From contig JAZLBW010000045.1 of assembly GCA_045613905.1 (NCBI GenBank), positions 9,647 to 73,646 on the forward strand: a stretch of 64,000 bases of DNA. Direction: 5' to 3'. The notes under the pieces are model-generated. The model was not told where the DNA came from. It made no database searches and saw only the letters and a list, made by a program, of their open reading frames with translations. The DNA is from Candidatus Caccoplasma sp. GTDB lineage: Bacteria > Bacteroidota > Bacteroidia > Bacteroidales > G3-4614. Made by a program: the position numbers and the translations under genes. The first letter of the stretch is position 1. The number at the start of each line of letters is the position of its first letter. Below, one piece after another: positions 41,977-51,265 of this stretch.

Positions 41977-43722
41977 ATGAAACTAAATTTCAAAAAATCA
42001 CTGCTTTCAATATTCTCGTCAGAGCAAGATACTCAAAACAAGAGTTCAGAAAAGGTTGCACACAAGAAAGCAAATATTGATTTTGAGAATAAAGATTTTG
42101 ATAGAGCCCTCAGCGATTGCGACATCCCCGACACATTACTGGAGGCGATAACAGATATTGTAAACAAACCTCTGCCCGAAGTAATTCTAAAAACGATAGA
42201 CAGAGAGGCTGAAAAAATTGAAATAAGGGAGAACTTACGCCCTGCCTTCTGTGATTATATCAAATATCTTCTGCTTAAAGCCGAAAAGGCAGAAGGCGAA
42301 CCTCTTTTCATTGAGGGAGATGACAATGTTGAACTTGTTGGAGAGCTTGAAGAGAAACTTAAACTTGCCCTACAACGCGAGGAGGATTACAAAAACAGAT
42401 ACCTAAGTGCCGAACGCCAAAAAAGAGCACTAAGCGACAAGGTGAGAGACTTTGAGGAGAAATTTTCAAAACAGGAGAAAGAATTAACAAAATCGGAGAC
42501 TTTCCGCATTGAATCAAATAACAACATTCGTCAACTGAATAAGGAGAAGTGCCAACTTGAGGAGAATGTAGAACAACTTAAATTGGAGGTTGACCACTAC
42601 AAACAGTTAGAGGTTAACAACAACCTTATGGGACAAAGCGAAGGTTTTACCGAGAGTGAATTTATTGAATCGCTAAAGAACAAAATCATTGCTCTTGAAA
42701 CTGAAAATGGAGAGATGGAGCATCGCCTGAACGACAATGAAGACCACATAAAAGAGGTTGTGGAATCGTTCGAAACAGCTCTTCATCTCAAGGAGGAGCT
42801 TGTTATTCAAGCCGTTGAACGAGAAAAAACTCTTCAAGCCCGCATTGAAAGCCTTCAAACCTCATTGGAGGAGAAAGAGGCCATCCCCGAAGGTGGAGAT
42901 GAGGTTCTTACTGCCCGATTGATTGATGTAACAAGAAAATATCAAGCACTTCAATCGGAGTTGGCAAACTACAAAAATAAGATTTACGAAGAGTCTGAAG
43001 GCGAGCTAAACAAACGCATCGAACAACTTAATGCAGACCTTGCCTTGGCAAATGCCAAATTGGAGGCAGCAGATAAAAACAGCAACGAACCCACAGATGG
43101 TTTGTATGCCCAAATGGAGGATTTGAGAGAGAAACTCGAGATTGCCGACAGCAAATATTCTGAATTGGAGACAAAACTCAAAGAGACAGAAGTGGCTCTC
43201 GAAGAAAAAGAGAAAGAGATTCTTTCACTAAAAGAGTTACCAACCGACTCAAACAAGGAGATAGATGAATTAAAGGCTCAAATAACAGAGCTTCAGATTG
43301 AAATTCAAAACAGAGACAACACCATCGCCGAGGCTAACGAAAAGATTGAAAAGATTCAGATAAAACGCGAAAGAGTTGCTGAAAACAAGAGAGCAGCCAA
43401 ACAGATTGAAGAGTTGACTACTAAACTTGAAGAGGCTGAGAAGAGAAGCGAGAAGGCTCGCAAAGATGCTGAAATTGCACGTATGAATGTTGTTGCTTTG
43501 ACCAACGAAGTGGAGAGCTTGCGCAATGCAATGCCTAAACAAGACGAGGGGTTGTTTGAGATGATTGAGGAGGATTGGTTGGTTGTTATGGAGCCTGAGA
43601 CTGAAGCCGAAATCAGAGAACGTACAAAACGAGAGAAAGAGAGAGAACAAAGAAATGAGGAGGAGAAGAATGTTATAGATATTCCTTTTGAGGATCCTGC
43701 TCAGATGAAACTTTGGGACTAA
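41977..43722 (+). CDS. Long coiled-coil protein of unknown function
   Basis: 581 aa uninterrupted ORF, 27 nt after the previous gene. A roughly 120-aa N-terminal region is followed by about 400 aa of heptad-like E/K/L-rich sequence and an acidic tail ending FEDPAQMKLWD. Confidence 0.6.
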   Translation: MKLNFKKSLLSIFSSEQDTQNKSSEKVAHKKANIDFENKDFDRALSDCDIPDTLLEAITDIVNKPLPEVILKTIDREAEKIEIRENLRPAFCDYIKYLLLKAEKAEGEPLFIEGDDNVELVGELEEKLKLALQREEDYKNRYLSAERQKRALSDKVRDFEEKFSKQEKELTKSETFRIESNNNIRQLNKEKCQLEENVEQLKLEVDHYKQLEVNNNLMGQSEGFTESEFIESLKNKIIALETENGEMEHRLNDNEDHIKEVVESFETALHLKEELVIQAVEREKTLQARIESLQTSLEEKEAIPEGGDEVLTARLIDVTRKYQALQSELANYKNKIYEESEGELNKRIEQLNADLALANAKLEAADKNSNEPTDGLYAQMEDLREKLEIADSKYSELETKLKETEVALEEKEKEILSLKELPTDSNKEIDELKAQITELQIEIQNRDNTIAEANEKIEKIQIKRERVAENKRAAKQIEELTTKLEEAEKRSEKARKDAEIARMNVVALTNEVESLRNAMPKQDEGLFEMIEEDWLVVMEPETEAEIRERTKREKEREQRNEEEKNVIDIPFEDPAQMKLWD

Positions 43723-43756
43723 CCACACACTCCCTTCATCACTAATATATAAGGCT

Positions 43757-44257
43757 ATGCAAGAGATTACAGTTGATAAATTTAACGAGAATGTTATAAA
43801 TCTTATAGGCAAAGATTGGTGCTTGATTACCGCAGGAGAAATAGGCCATTTCAACACCATGACGGCAAGCTGGGGCAGTATGGGTTTTCTATGGGGAAAA
43901 CCTGTTGTTACAATATTTATTCGCCCACAACGCTACACTTATGGTTTTATTGAAAAGGCAGAATCATTTACTCTATCGTTCTTTAAAGAGGAGTACCGCA
44001 AAGCCCTTACTCTTTGTGGCACAAAATCTGGAAAGGATATAGACAAAGCAAAGGAGGCAGGCATAACTCCATTTGCGCCAACCGAAGATTGCGTAGCTTT
44101 TAAAGAGGCAAGATTGATAATGAAGTGCAAGAAATTATATAAATCGCTTTTAAACGAGGAGAGCTTTATCGATAAGAGTATTATTCCTGCCTGGTATAAA
44201 GATGGCGATTTCCACTATGTATATGTTGCCGAAATAGAGAATATTTGGGAAGTGTAA
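43757..44257 (+). CDS. Flavin reductase-like (FMN-binding split-barrel) domain protein
   Basis: 166 aa with KDWCLITAG...NTMTASWG...IFIRPQRYT, typical of the flavin reductase-like family. Confidence 0.7.
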   Translation: MQEITVDKFNENVINLIGKDWCLITAGEIGHFNTMTASWGSMGFLWGKPVVTIFIRPQRYTYGFIEKAESFTLSFFKEEYRKALTLCGTKSGKDIDKAKEAGITPFAPTEDCVAFKEARLIMKCKKLYKSLLNEESFIDKSIIPAWYKDGDFHYVYVAEIENIWEV

Positions 44258-44277
44258 CAATATCTTCTGTCAGATAA

Positions 44278-44318
44278 ACAACAAAAGGGAAAGAGAGTCA
44301 CTCTTTCCCTTTTGTTGT
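44278..44318. terminator. Bidirectional terminator between convergent genes
   Basis: acaacaaaagggaaagag / ctctttcccttttgttgt form an 18-bp perfect stem. Confidence 0.8.
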
Positions 44319-44341
44319 ACTTATGATGCTGTTATTGCATG

Positions 44342-45088
44342 CTATTTTACTTTCTGTGCCGAATATATGGCACAAGCTCCAAAGGTCATGTAGGTGTAGC
44401 TGCAATCGGTCATTCCGACATTTGCCATAAGGTCAAGCATGGCTTTTCCCTGTGGCACCACGGCTATTGACTTGCGTAAGTAGTCATATGCACTTCTCTC
44501 ACCTGTTATAAGCTTTCCTAACGTAGGAATAACAAGTTTTGTGTATATGGTATAGAAAAACTTATAAAAGCCGTTCTCAGGCACAGAAAGCTCCAAAATA
44601 ACCAATTTACCTCCGGGGGTCAGCACTCTGTTTATTTCTGACAAACCGCGCTCTATATCCTCAACATTGCGAATTCCAAACGATATTGTTACCGCATTGA
44701 AACTGTTATCAGAGAAAGGTAGCGAAATACAATCTCCCGCCGTAAAAGCAATCTCATTGGATAGCTCCAAATTTGCAACTTTTTTTCGGGCAACCTCCAT
44801 CATTCCCTCAGATATGTCGCAACCTGTCACTCGACAAGGAGCAAGCATAGAGTGTATCTTTATTGCCATATCTCCCGTTCCCGTTGCAATATCGAGAATT
44901 GTTTTGGGAGAATTGGGTTTTAGAATGGATATTGCTTTACGTCGCCAACGTTTATCCTGTCCGAGAGAGATAAGGCGGTTCATAATATCATAACGAAACG
45001 CTATGGCATTAAACATCTTTTCTATCTGCTTGCCTTTGTTCTCTCCACTGTTATATGGAGTCAGTTTTTCAACACTCTTTTGCGACAT
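44342..45088 (-). CDS. menG: Demethylmenaquinone/ubiquinone C-methyltransferase
   Basis: 248 aa with FNAIAFRYDIMNRLISLGQDKRWR and ILDIATGTGDMA (SAM motif I), i.e. the UbiE/MenG family. Confidence 0.9.
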   Translation of the reverse strand: MSQKSVEKLTPYNSGENKGKQIEKMFNAIAFRYDIMNRLISLGQDKRWRRKAISILKPNSPKTILDIATGTGDMAIKIHSMLAPCRVTGCDISEGMMEVARKKVANLELSNEIAFTAGDCISLPFSDNSFNAVTISFGIRNVEDIERGLSEINRVLTPGGKLVILELSVPENGFYKFFYTIYTKLVIPTLGKLITGERSAYDYLRKSIAVVPQGKAMLDLMANVGMTDCSYTYMTFGACAIYSAQKVK

Positions 45089-45116
45089 AACTCAATATCT
45101 GTTTTTATATATTTAA

Positions 45117-45142
45117 AGAGTGAGAAGCAAGCCTCTCACTCT
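45117..45142. terminator. Hairpin downstream of purC
   Basis: agagtgaga / tctcactct form a 9-bp stem with an 8-nt loop. Confidence 0.45.
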
Positions 45143-45157
45143 CTTTTCTTTATTTTA

Positions 45158-46108
45158 TTATTTACGCTCTTTCAAGTATTCCGAGATGTTTTTCTCGATA
45201 CGAGCATTAATATCGTCACACTCAGAACGAGAGAACTTCTCGCCAACGATATGCTCATAAAGCTCGATATAACGGTCAGATACGCTGTTTACATACTCCT
45301 CTGTCATTTCGGGAACTGTTTGTCCCTCTTTGCCCATAAATCCGTTCTCAATCAACCATTGACGAACAAACTCTTTTGACAACTGTTTTTGAGGCTCACC
45401 TTTTTCGAAACGCTCTTCGTAACCTTCGGCATAGAAGTAACGTGATGAATCGGGAGTATGAATCTCGTCGATTAGATATACTTTGCCATCACGTTTTCCG
45501 AACTCATATTTTGTGTCAACAAGAATAAGACCTTTCTCTTTTGCCATTTGAGTTCCTCTCTCAAATAGAGCATAGGTGTATTTCTCCATCAACTCGTAAT
45601 CCTCTTTGCTTACGATACCTTGAGCAATAATCTCCTCTTTTGAGATATTCTCATCGTGTCCCTCGTCAGCTTTTGTGGTGGGAGTGATTATTGGTGTGGG
45701 GAATTTCTCATTCTCTCTCATTCCTTCTGGAAGTTTAACTCCACAAATCTCACGACATCCTGCCGCATACTCTCTCCAAGCACTTCCGGTCAAATATCCA
45801 CGAATAATCATCTCTACTCTGAATCCCTCGCATTGCAAACCTACGGTCACCATTGGGTCGGGAGTGGCAAGTTTCCAGTTGGGGACTATATCTGATGTTG
45901 CGTCCAGAAATTTTGCAGCAATCTTATTCAATACCTCTCCTTTAAAGGGAATTCCTTTGGGTAGAATTACATCAAATGCAGAAATTCTATCGGTTGCAAC
46001 CATTATCAACAACTCATCATTGATGTTATAAACATCACGAACTTTTCCGTGATACACACTCTTTTGTCCTTCGAACTCAAAATCGGTTCTTACCAAAGCT
46101 TTTTCCAT
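45158..46108 (-). CDS. purC: Phosphoribosylaminoimidazole-succinocarboxamide (SAICAR) synthase
   Basis: 316 aa, long-form PurC: [27 protein letters not shown]. Confidence 0.95.
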   Translation of the reverse strand: MEKALVRTDFEFEGQKSVYHGKVRDVYNINDELLIMVATDRISAFDVILPKGIPFKGEVLNKIAAKFLDATSDIVPNWKLATPDPMVTVGLQCEGFRVEMIIRGYLTGSAWREYAAGCREICGVKLPEGMRENEKFPTPIITPTTKADEGHDENISKEEIIAQGIVSKEDYELMEKYTYALFERGTQMAKEKGLILVDTKYEFGKRDGKVYLIDEIHTPDSSRYFYAEGYEERFEKGEPQKQLSKEFVRQWLIENGFMGKEGQTVPEMTEEYVNSVSDRYIELYEHIVGEKFSRSECDDINARIEKNISEYLKERK

Positions 46109-46127
46109 TGTTTTTTATATGTTTTTA

Positions 46128-47138
46128 TCAATTATCTTTCTCTTTTTTTACACGCTTATCTCTTTGCTTTTTATCATAAGCCTCGTACGCCTCAACAATT
46201 GCTTGAACCAAACGGTGACGAACTATATCGCTCTTGTCGAAACGTACCAACCCTATGCCCTTTATATCTCTCAGAATGTCTATAGCCTGAACCAAACCCG
46301 ATGTTTGACTTTGAGGTAGGTCAATCTGACTCATATCTCCTGTAATTATCATCTTTGCATTACTTCCCAGGCGGGTTAAAAACATCTTTATTTGGGGCAC
46401 TGTGGTGTTTTGAGCCTCATCCAATATAACAACCGCATCATTCAAGGTTCTTCCACGCATAAATGCCAAAGGGGCAATCTGAATTGTGTTGTTCTCCATC
46501 ATCTCGCGAAGCTTAACGGCCGGAATCATATCCTGCAAAGCGTCATAAAGTGGTTGAAGATAGGGGTCGATTTTCTCCTTCATATCTCCTGGTAAGAATC
46601 CGAGCTTCTCGCCTGCTTCAACAGCCGGACGACTCAATATAATCTTTCTTACCTCTTTGTTCTTCAATGCTCTTACGGCAAGAGCAATTGCAACATATGT
46701 TTTACCCGTACCTGCAGGGCCAAGTGCAAAGACCAAATCATTCTTTTCAAAGCTCTTTACAAGCTTTTGTTGGTTTTCTGTTCGTCCAACAATCTGCTTT
46801 CCATTAATGCCATGTATTATAAGATGCTCTTGTTTTATTTCAAGAGGAGTGCCTCCATTAACTATAGCACCAATGATTGTTCCATCAAGGCGATTATACT
46901 CCGAACAATACTTTATTATCAAAGATATACTCTTTTCAAACTGCATAATATCCTTCTCCTCTCCTATTACCTTCATAACGTTGCCTCTGGCTATGATATG
47001 AAGTTTAGGATAGAGTGTCTTTATAAAGTGCAGATTATCGTTGTTTGTCCCATAGAACACTACGAGATCAACATCTTCGATTATTATATTTTTCTCTATC
47101 ATTATACAATATTGATATTGTCCGATTTTGCAAAACAA
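46128..47138 (-). CDS. phoH: PhoH family ATPase
   Basis: Walker A motif GPAGTGKTY, VILDEAQN and ITGDMSQIDLP. The more likely start is the internal ATG at 47102 (MIEKNIII...). Confidence 0.9.
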   Translation of the reverse strand: MFCKIGQYQYCIMIEKNIIIEDVDLVVFYGTNNDNLHFIKTLYPKLHIIARGNVMKVIGEEKDIMQFEKSISLIIKYCSEYNRLDGTIIGAIVNGGTPLEIKQEHLIIHGINGKQIVGRTENQQKLVKSFEKNDLVFALGPAGTGKTYVAIALAVRALKNKEVRKIILSRPAVEAGEKLGFLPGDMKEKIDPYLQPLYDALQDMIPAVKLREMMENNTIQIAPLAFMRGRTLNDAVVILDEAQNTTVPQIKMFLTRLGSNAKMIITGDMSQIDLPQSQTSGLVQAIDILRDIKGIGLVRFDKSDIVRHRLVQAIVEAYEAYDKKQRDKRVKKEKDN

Positions 47139-47178
47139 AGATAGATACTTTTATATAAAATCTCAATTTTTTGAAGAT

Positions 47179-47206
47179 AAAAAAAAGAGATTATTTCTAA
47201 TCTCTT
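47179..47206 (-). terminator. Rho-independent terminator of the M23 peptidase gene
   Basis: aagagatta / taatctctt form a 9-bp stem with a 4-nt loop, followed on the minus strand by T8. Confidence 0.8.
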
Positions 47207-47234
47207 CTCCTTTGACTCTATTTTTATAAATAAC

Positions 47235-48122
47235 CTATCTAACTCTTAAAACGCTACCCACTTTTAAGACCTTGTTCGATTTTATTCCATTCAAACGACA
47301 CAATTGGGTAACAGATGTTCTATACTTTTTAGCAATGGAAGATAGAGTCTCTCCCGATTTAATACGGTGGGTTGCATAGCTGTTAACCGCACTTTTTTGT
47401 TGTTTCTTTTTATAGAACATATAGGTGTCGGTGTGTGCTACCTGATTTTTAAAGTCGAATATCTCGGCAGGGTTTATGGTCATACCCATGATTTTGGTTT
47501 CGAAGTGTAGGTGAGGACCTGTTGAACGACCTGTATTTCCTCCCAAAGCAATAACATCTCCTGCCTTTACAACTTGGTTAGGTTTAACAAGAATCTTTGA
47601 TAGGTGTCCGTACACAGTTTCAAAACCGTTTGTGTGGCGTATCTTCACATAATAACCATATCCTTTTGCCTGATATGCGGTTGCGCTGATTTTTCCTGTA
47701 AAAGCTGCACGAACTGTATCTCCTGTACGCAACTTAAGGTCAATACCTTTGTGCATACGTCCCCAACGCCATCCGTATGCCGACGTTACATGTCCCGGAA
47801 CAGGAATGCAGTGATCTTTTACATCAATTGCCAAAGTATCTTTTGTGTTTTTGGTAGAGAAAGTCTCAAGCCATTGCTCATCCCATCCGTCTGCCAACAT
47901 TGCATCCAAATCATCCTCCTCCATTACATATTGATTCAATATCAAAGTTGAATCAACAACGTTCATTATTTTGGGAAGGATTTTGTTATAGGCAATCATG
48001 TTTTGTTGTGTCATAGCATGGTATTGTTGTGCATTAATGCGGGTAGGTTGAGCATACGCCAAACCCGATTGCATCACTGCAAACAAAAGAATAAGTACTG
48101 CTATTTTCACACTTTTTATCAT
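47235..48122 (-). CDS. M23 family metallopeptidase with a C-terminal LysM domain
   Basis: Signal peptide, HKGIDL and GNTGRSTGPHLHFE zinc motifs, and a LysM block HRIKSGETLSSIAKKY...LNGI. Confidence 0.85.
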   Translation of the reverse strand: MIKSVKIAVLILLFAVMQSGLAYAQPTRINAQQYHAMTQQNMIAYNKILPKIMNVVDSTLILNQYVMEEDDLDAMLADGWDEQWLETFSTKNTKDTLAIDVKDHCIPVPGHVTSAYGWRWGRMHKGIDLKLRTGDTVRAAFTGKISATAYQAKGYGYYVKIRHTNGFETVYGHLSKILVKPNQVVKAGDVIALGGNTGRSTGPHLHFETKIMGMTINPAEIFDFKNQVAHTDTYMFYKKKQQKSAVNSYATHRIKSGETLSSIAKKYRTSVTQLCRLNGIKSNKVLKVGSVLRVR

Positions 48123-48314
48123 GTTTTCCTCAATGTTTTTTTGCGATTTGCAGGGAGATAATTTCCCAAAGTCGCGCCAAAGATAAGTATTTTCTTTTGA
48201 TTATTAGCAAGTTGCAATCATAAAATTTGTTTATCAAGAACAGAAACCGCAACTATCGTAGTTGTATATCGTTGATAATCTGAATGTTATAACAAAACAT
48301 GTTTTTAAACATAT

Positions 48315-48350
48315 AAAAAGCAAAGGAGGCCATATGAATGAACCTCCTTT
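48315..48350 (-). terminator. Rho-independent terminator of proS
   Basis: aaaggagg / cctccttt stem, followed on the minus strand by TTTTT. Confidence 0.6.
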
Positions 48351-48382
48351 AACTGAATTATATAACAAATAGATTTACTCTA

Positions 48383-49858
48383 TTAGTATGAGCGAGCAAA
48401 CAATACTCTGCGTGCCGATGGTTTTCCTGTTACCATACATACACCCGGAGTAGCATCCATATCCTCAGGGATACAACGGATGGTAGCTTTTGTCTCCTCC
48501 TTAATCAACTCCTCTGTCTCTGCTGTTCCATCCCAGTGAGCATATATAAATCCACCTTTTTCAATCTCCTCTTTGAACTCTTCGTATGTATTAACCTCAC
48601 GGATATTCTCGTCACGGAATTTGCGAGCTTTCTCGAAGATGTTGTTTTGAATGTCTGCAAGTAGTTGCTCAACGTACTCTACAATTCCATCGCAAGTGCG
48701 AGTCTCTTTTTCAAGAGTATCACGACGCATAACCTCAATTGTGTTGTTTTCAAGGTCTCTTCCACCCATTACCAAACGAACAGGTACACCTTTCAACTCA
48801 TAGTCTGCAAATTTAAATCCGGGACGTTTGTTGTCAGAGTTATCATATTTAACCGAAATTCCTTTTGCTTTAAGAGCAGAAACAATTCCTGCAACTTTCT
48901 CATCGATTTGAGCAAGTTGCTCTGCTCCGCGATAGATAGGAACAATTACAACTTGAATTGGTGCCAATGCAGGAGGAAGTACAAGACCATTGTCGTCAGA
49001 GTGAGACATAATCAAAGCTCCCATCAAACGAGTAGATACACCCCAAGATGTTGCCCAAACATAAGACAATGAGTTGTCTTTATCCAAGAATTGAACATCA
49101 AATGCTTTAGCAAAGTTTTGTCCAAGGAAGTGAGATGTTCCAGATTGCAAAGCTTTACCGTCTTGCATCAAAGCCTCGATAGTATAAGTGTTTACTGCAC
49201 CTGCAAACTTCTCGCTCTCCGATTTAACACCTTTGATAACAGGCATAGCCATATATTTTTCGGCAAATGTAGAATATACATTCAACATTCTTACTGCTTC
49301 TTCCTCTGCCTCCTCTTTAGTTGCGTGAGCAGTGTGTCCCTCTTGCCACAAAAACTCTGCAGTACGAAGGAACAAACGAGTACGCATCTCCCAACGCATT
49401 ACGTTAGCCCATTGGTTGCAAAGAATTGGAAGGTCGCGATAAGATTGTATCCAGTTTTTATATGTATTCCAAATGATTGTCTCTGATGTGGGGCGAATAA
49501 TCAACTCCTCCTCCAATCTTGCGGCAGGGTCAACAGTTACACCGCCAAACTCTGAGTTTTTCAAGCGATAGTGAGTTACAACGGCACACTCTTTAGCAAA
49601 TCCCTCAACATGTTCAGCCTCTTTGCTCAAGAAAGATTTTGGAATCAACAATGGGAAATAAGCATTAACGTGTCCTGTCTCTTTGAACATATCGTCCAAT
49701 TGACGTTGCATTTTTTCCCAAATTGCATATCCGTAAGGTTTGATAACCATACAACCACGCACTGCAGATTGCTCTGCCAAGTCGGCTTTAACAACAAGTT
49801 CGTTGTACCATTGCGAATAGTTCTCGCCTCTTTTTGTTAGATTTTTTAATTCTGCCAT
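48383..49858 (-). CDS. proS: Proline--tRNA ligase (archaeal/eukaryotic-type class II)
   Basis: 491 aa with class II motifs (FRDE-like [25 protein letters not shown]) and a C-terminal zinc-domain-like tail ending ARSY. Confidence 0.95.
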   Translation of the reverse strand: MAELKNLTKRGENYSQWYNELVVKADLAEQSAVRGCMVIKPYGYAIWEKMQRQLDDMFKETGHVNAYFPLLIPKSFLSKEAEHVEGFAKECAVVTHYRLKNSEFGGVTVDPAARLEEELIIRPTSETIIWNTYKNWIQSYRDLPILCNQWANVMRWEMRTRLFLRTAEFLWQEGHTAHATKEEAEEEAVRMLNVYSTFAEKYMAMPVIKGVKSESEKFAGAVNTYTIEALMQDGKALQSGTSHFLGQNFAKAFDVQFLDKDNSLSYVWATSWGVSTRLMGALIMSHSDDNGLVLPPALAPIQVVIVPIYRGAEQLAQIDEKVAGIVSALKAKGISVKYDNSDNKRPGFKFADYELKGVPVRLVMGGRDLENNTIEVMRRDTLEKETRTCDGIVEYVEQLLADIQNNIFEKARKFRDENIREVNTYEEFKEEIEKGGFIYAHWDGTAETEELIKEETKATIRCIPEDMDATPGVCMVTGKPSARRVLFARSY

Positions 49859-49937
49859 AGTTATATTGTCTATTGTATTATTTCTTATTGAATTACAAGC
49901 TACAAAATTACAATAATCTGTTTATATTACAAACAAG

Positions 49938-49972
49938 TGAGCGGAAAGATATTTTTTATATCTCTCCGCTCA
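49938..49972 (-). terminator. Hairpin downstream of LamG-like copy B
   Basis: tgagcggaaagatat / atatctctccgctca form a 15-bp stem with one mismatch. Confidence 0.5.
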
Positions 49973-50017
49973 TATTGATTTTTAGTAATTAGTTATAACC
50001 TGAAGGTTTTAAAGTTA

Positions 50018-51103
50018 CTAAATCATTACTTTCATAACTTCATTGTTTACCTTAACAATCAACATACCTTTAATGGTTGAAGGTAATGCAATTTGAGTGG
50101 AAGTTGCACCATTGGCATTAGCTGAAGACATTACTTTACCTGTTGCATCGTAAACTACTACTGAGGTTATTCCTTCTGCTCTTTCAATATTAAGCACTCC
50201 GTTCGAAACAAATGCTTTGGTATTGCTCTCCGAAACAACGTTCTCTTCAATGCCCTGTATAACAGATTCGGGATCTACTCCTTCGCCAAAGGTAAAAGGT
50301 TTTATCTCAACTCCATTTGAATATCCTGCTTCTGTTTGATTAATCATATACATTGTTGCTTTTATCTCTCCATTATCTGCAGGCATAAACCCATCTGTGT
50401 CTGTAATAGCCTCATTTTCAAAATTCCAAAACCCTAAAAGTGATTCATCGTTTGACAACGGCTCGGTCATAGTTGCATAAACCTCTGCTTGTGATAATGC
50501 TTTGTTATAAAACTGAACTTTATCTACGTATGCGTTTAAAGACGAACGATTTTTTGCTGCACCGCCAAGCATAATTATATTATTTTTAGTCCACGAATAT
50601 GTAACATTATAACATTGCACTTTATATGTTGGTGAGCCATTTATATAAACCAAAAGAGTTCTATTAGTATCATAACCAAAAACGAATGAGAAATGGAGCC
50701 ACTCTTCAGTATTAAACTTAAACGGGTTTAATTCTGTATCCAAAAACACATCTCCTGCATTACTTGTAAGTATTCCAATTTCCAACCCATCAAAATCTCC
50801 ACCGAACGAGTCTCCTACAAGAGAATACATCCAGCCCCAATCGCTCATAGGCGCCCCTTGCGCAACATCTCTTATATTTACAAATTGTGTTCCGTTTTCG
50901 GAATGATTAAACTCTTTTACTTTAGTCCAGAAAGATAAAGTAAATTTTGAATATGTGTCAAAATTTAACTGCTCCGCAGGTATCCCAAAGGCGTATTCCC
51001 CTAAATATATTCCTCGAGATTCAACCTCATTGGCAGTTGCTAATGATATTGAGAATATCAGAGATATTATTACTGATAATAATTTTTGTGATCTCATAAT
51101 CAT
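50018..51103 (-). CDS. T9SS-secreted LamG/concanavalin-A-like protein, copy B (paralogue of 28569..29654)
   Basis: 361 aa, collinear with copy A: LGEYAFGIPAEQLNF, FTLSFWTKVKEF, LNAYVDKVQFYNKALSQAEV, PFTFGEGVDPESVIQG. It carries the same type of C-terminal sorting domain. Confidence 0.6.
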   Translation of the reverse strand: MIMRSQKLLSVIISLIFSISLATANEVESRGIYLGEYAFGIPAEQLNFDTYSKFTLSFWTKVKEFNHSENGTQFVNIRDVAQGAPMSDWGWMYSLVGDSFGGDFDGLEIGILTSNAGDVFLDTELNPFKFNTEEWLHFSFVFGYDTNRTLLVYINGSPTYKVQCYNVTYSWTKNNIIMLGGAAKNRSSLNAYVDKVQFYNKALSQAEVYATMTEPLSNDESLLGFWNFENEAITDTDGFMPADNGEIKATMYMINQTEAGYSNGVEIKPFTFGEGVDPESVIQGIEENVVSESNTKAFVSNGVLNIERAEGITSVVVYDATGKVMSSANANGATSTQIALPSTIKGMLIVKVNNEVMKVMI

Positions 51104-51113
51104 ATATTTAAAT

Positions 51114-51260
51114 TTATTTAATAATTACTTTTTGAGCGTTAATATTACCATCTATTACTACTACTATAATATACGCACCAGAAGTAAGAAAATATTGACA
51201 TACAATTTCCCCTGCTTGATGTATTGATTCTGGTTGCAATAATGTTTGTTGAGATGTTTG
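51114..51260 (-). pseudogene. Orphan 3' fragment of a T9SS C-terminal sorting domain, with no start codon
   Basis: My manual minus-strand translation between two stops gives QTSQQTLLQPESIHQAGEIVCQYFLTSGAYIIVVVIDGNINAQKVIIK*. The tail SGAYIIVVVIDGNINAQKVIIK parallels the protease sorting-domain end SGTYIVNVVLSNGTAKSLKFIVR at 20160. It contains no Met and begins 2 nt after the stop of the upstream gene, in a different frame. Confidence 0.45.
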
Positions 51261-51265
51261 TCACA

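Noticed and set aside
41977-43722. The coiled-coil ORF might be a spurious low-complexity reading frame
   Set aside because: A 581-codon frame is uninterrupted in an AT-rich genome. It has a non-repetitive N-terminal region, sensible spacing to both neighbours and heptad-like composition. I kept it as a real CDS of unknown function.
43270-43860. Long antisense or shadow ORFs inside well-supported genes. Examples: 43270..43860(-), 39549..40031(-), 14387..14875(-), 57876..58535(+), 53240..53812(+), 11015..11524(+), 3152..3580(+), 41458..41937(-).
   Set aside because: Each lies wholly or largely opposite a gene with strong family motifs. Their translations are low-complexity or Cys/Ser/Leu-rich with no recognisable motif. 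They are the expected by-product of codon bias on the opposite strand.
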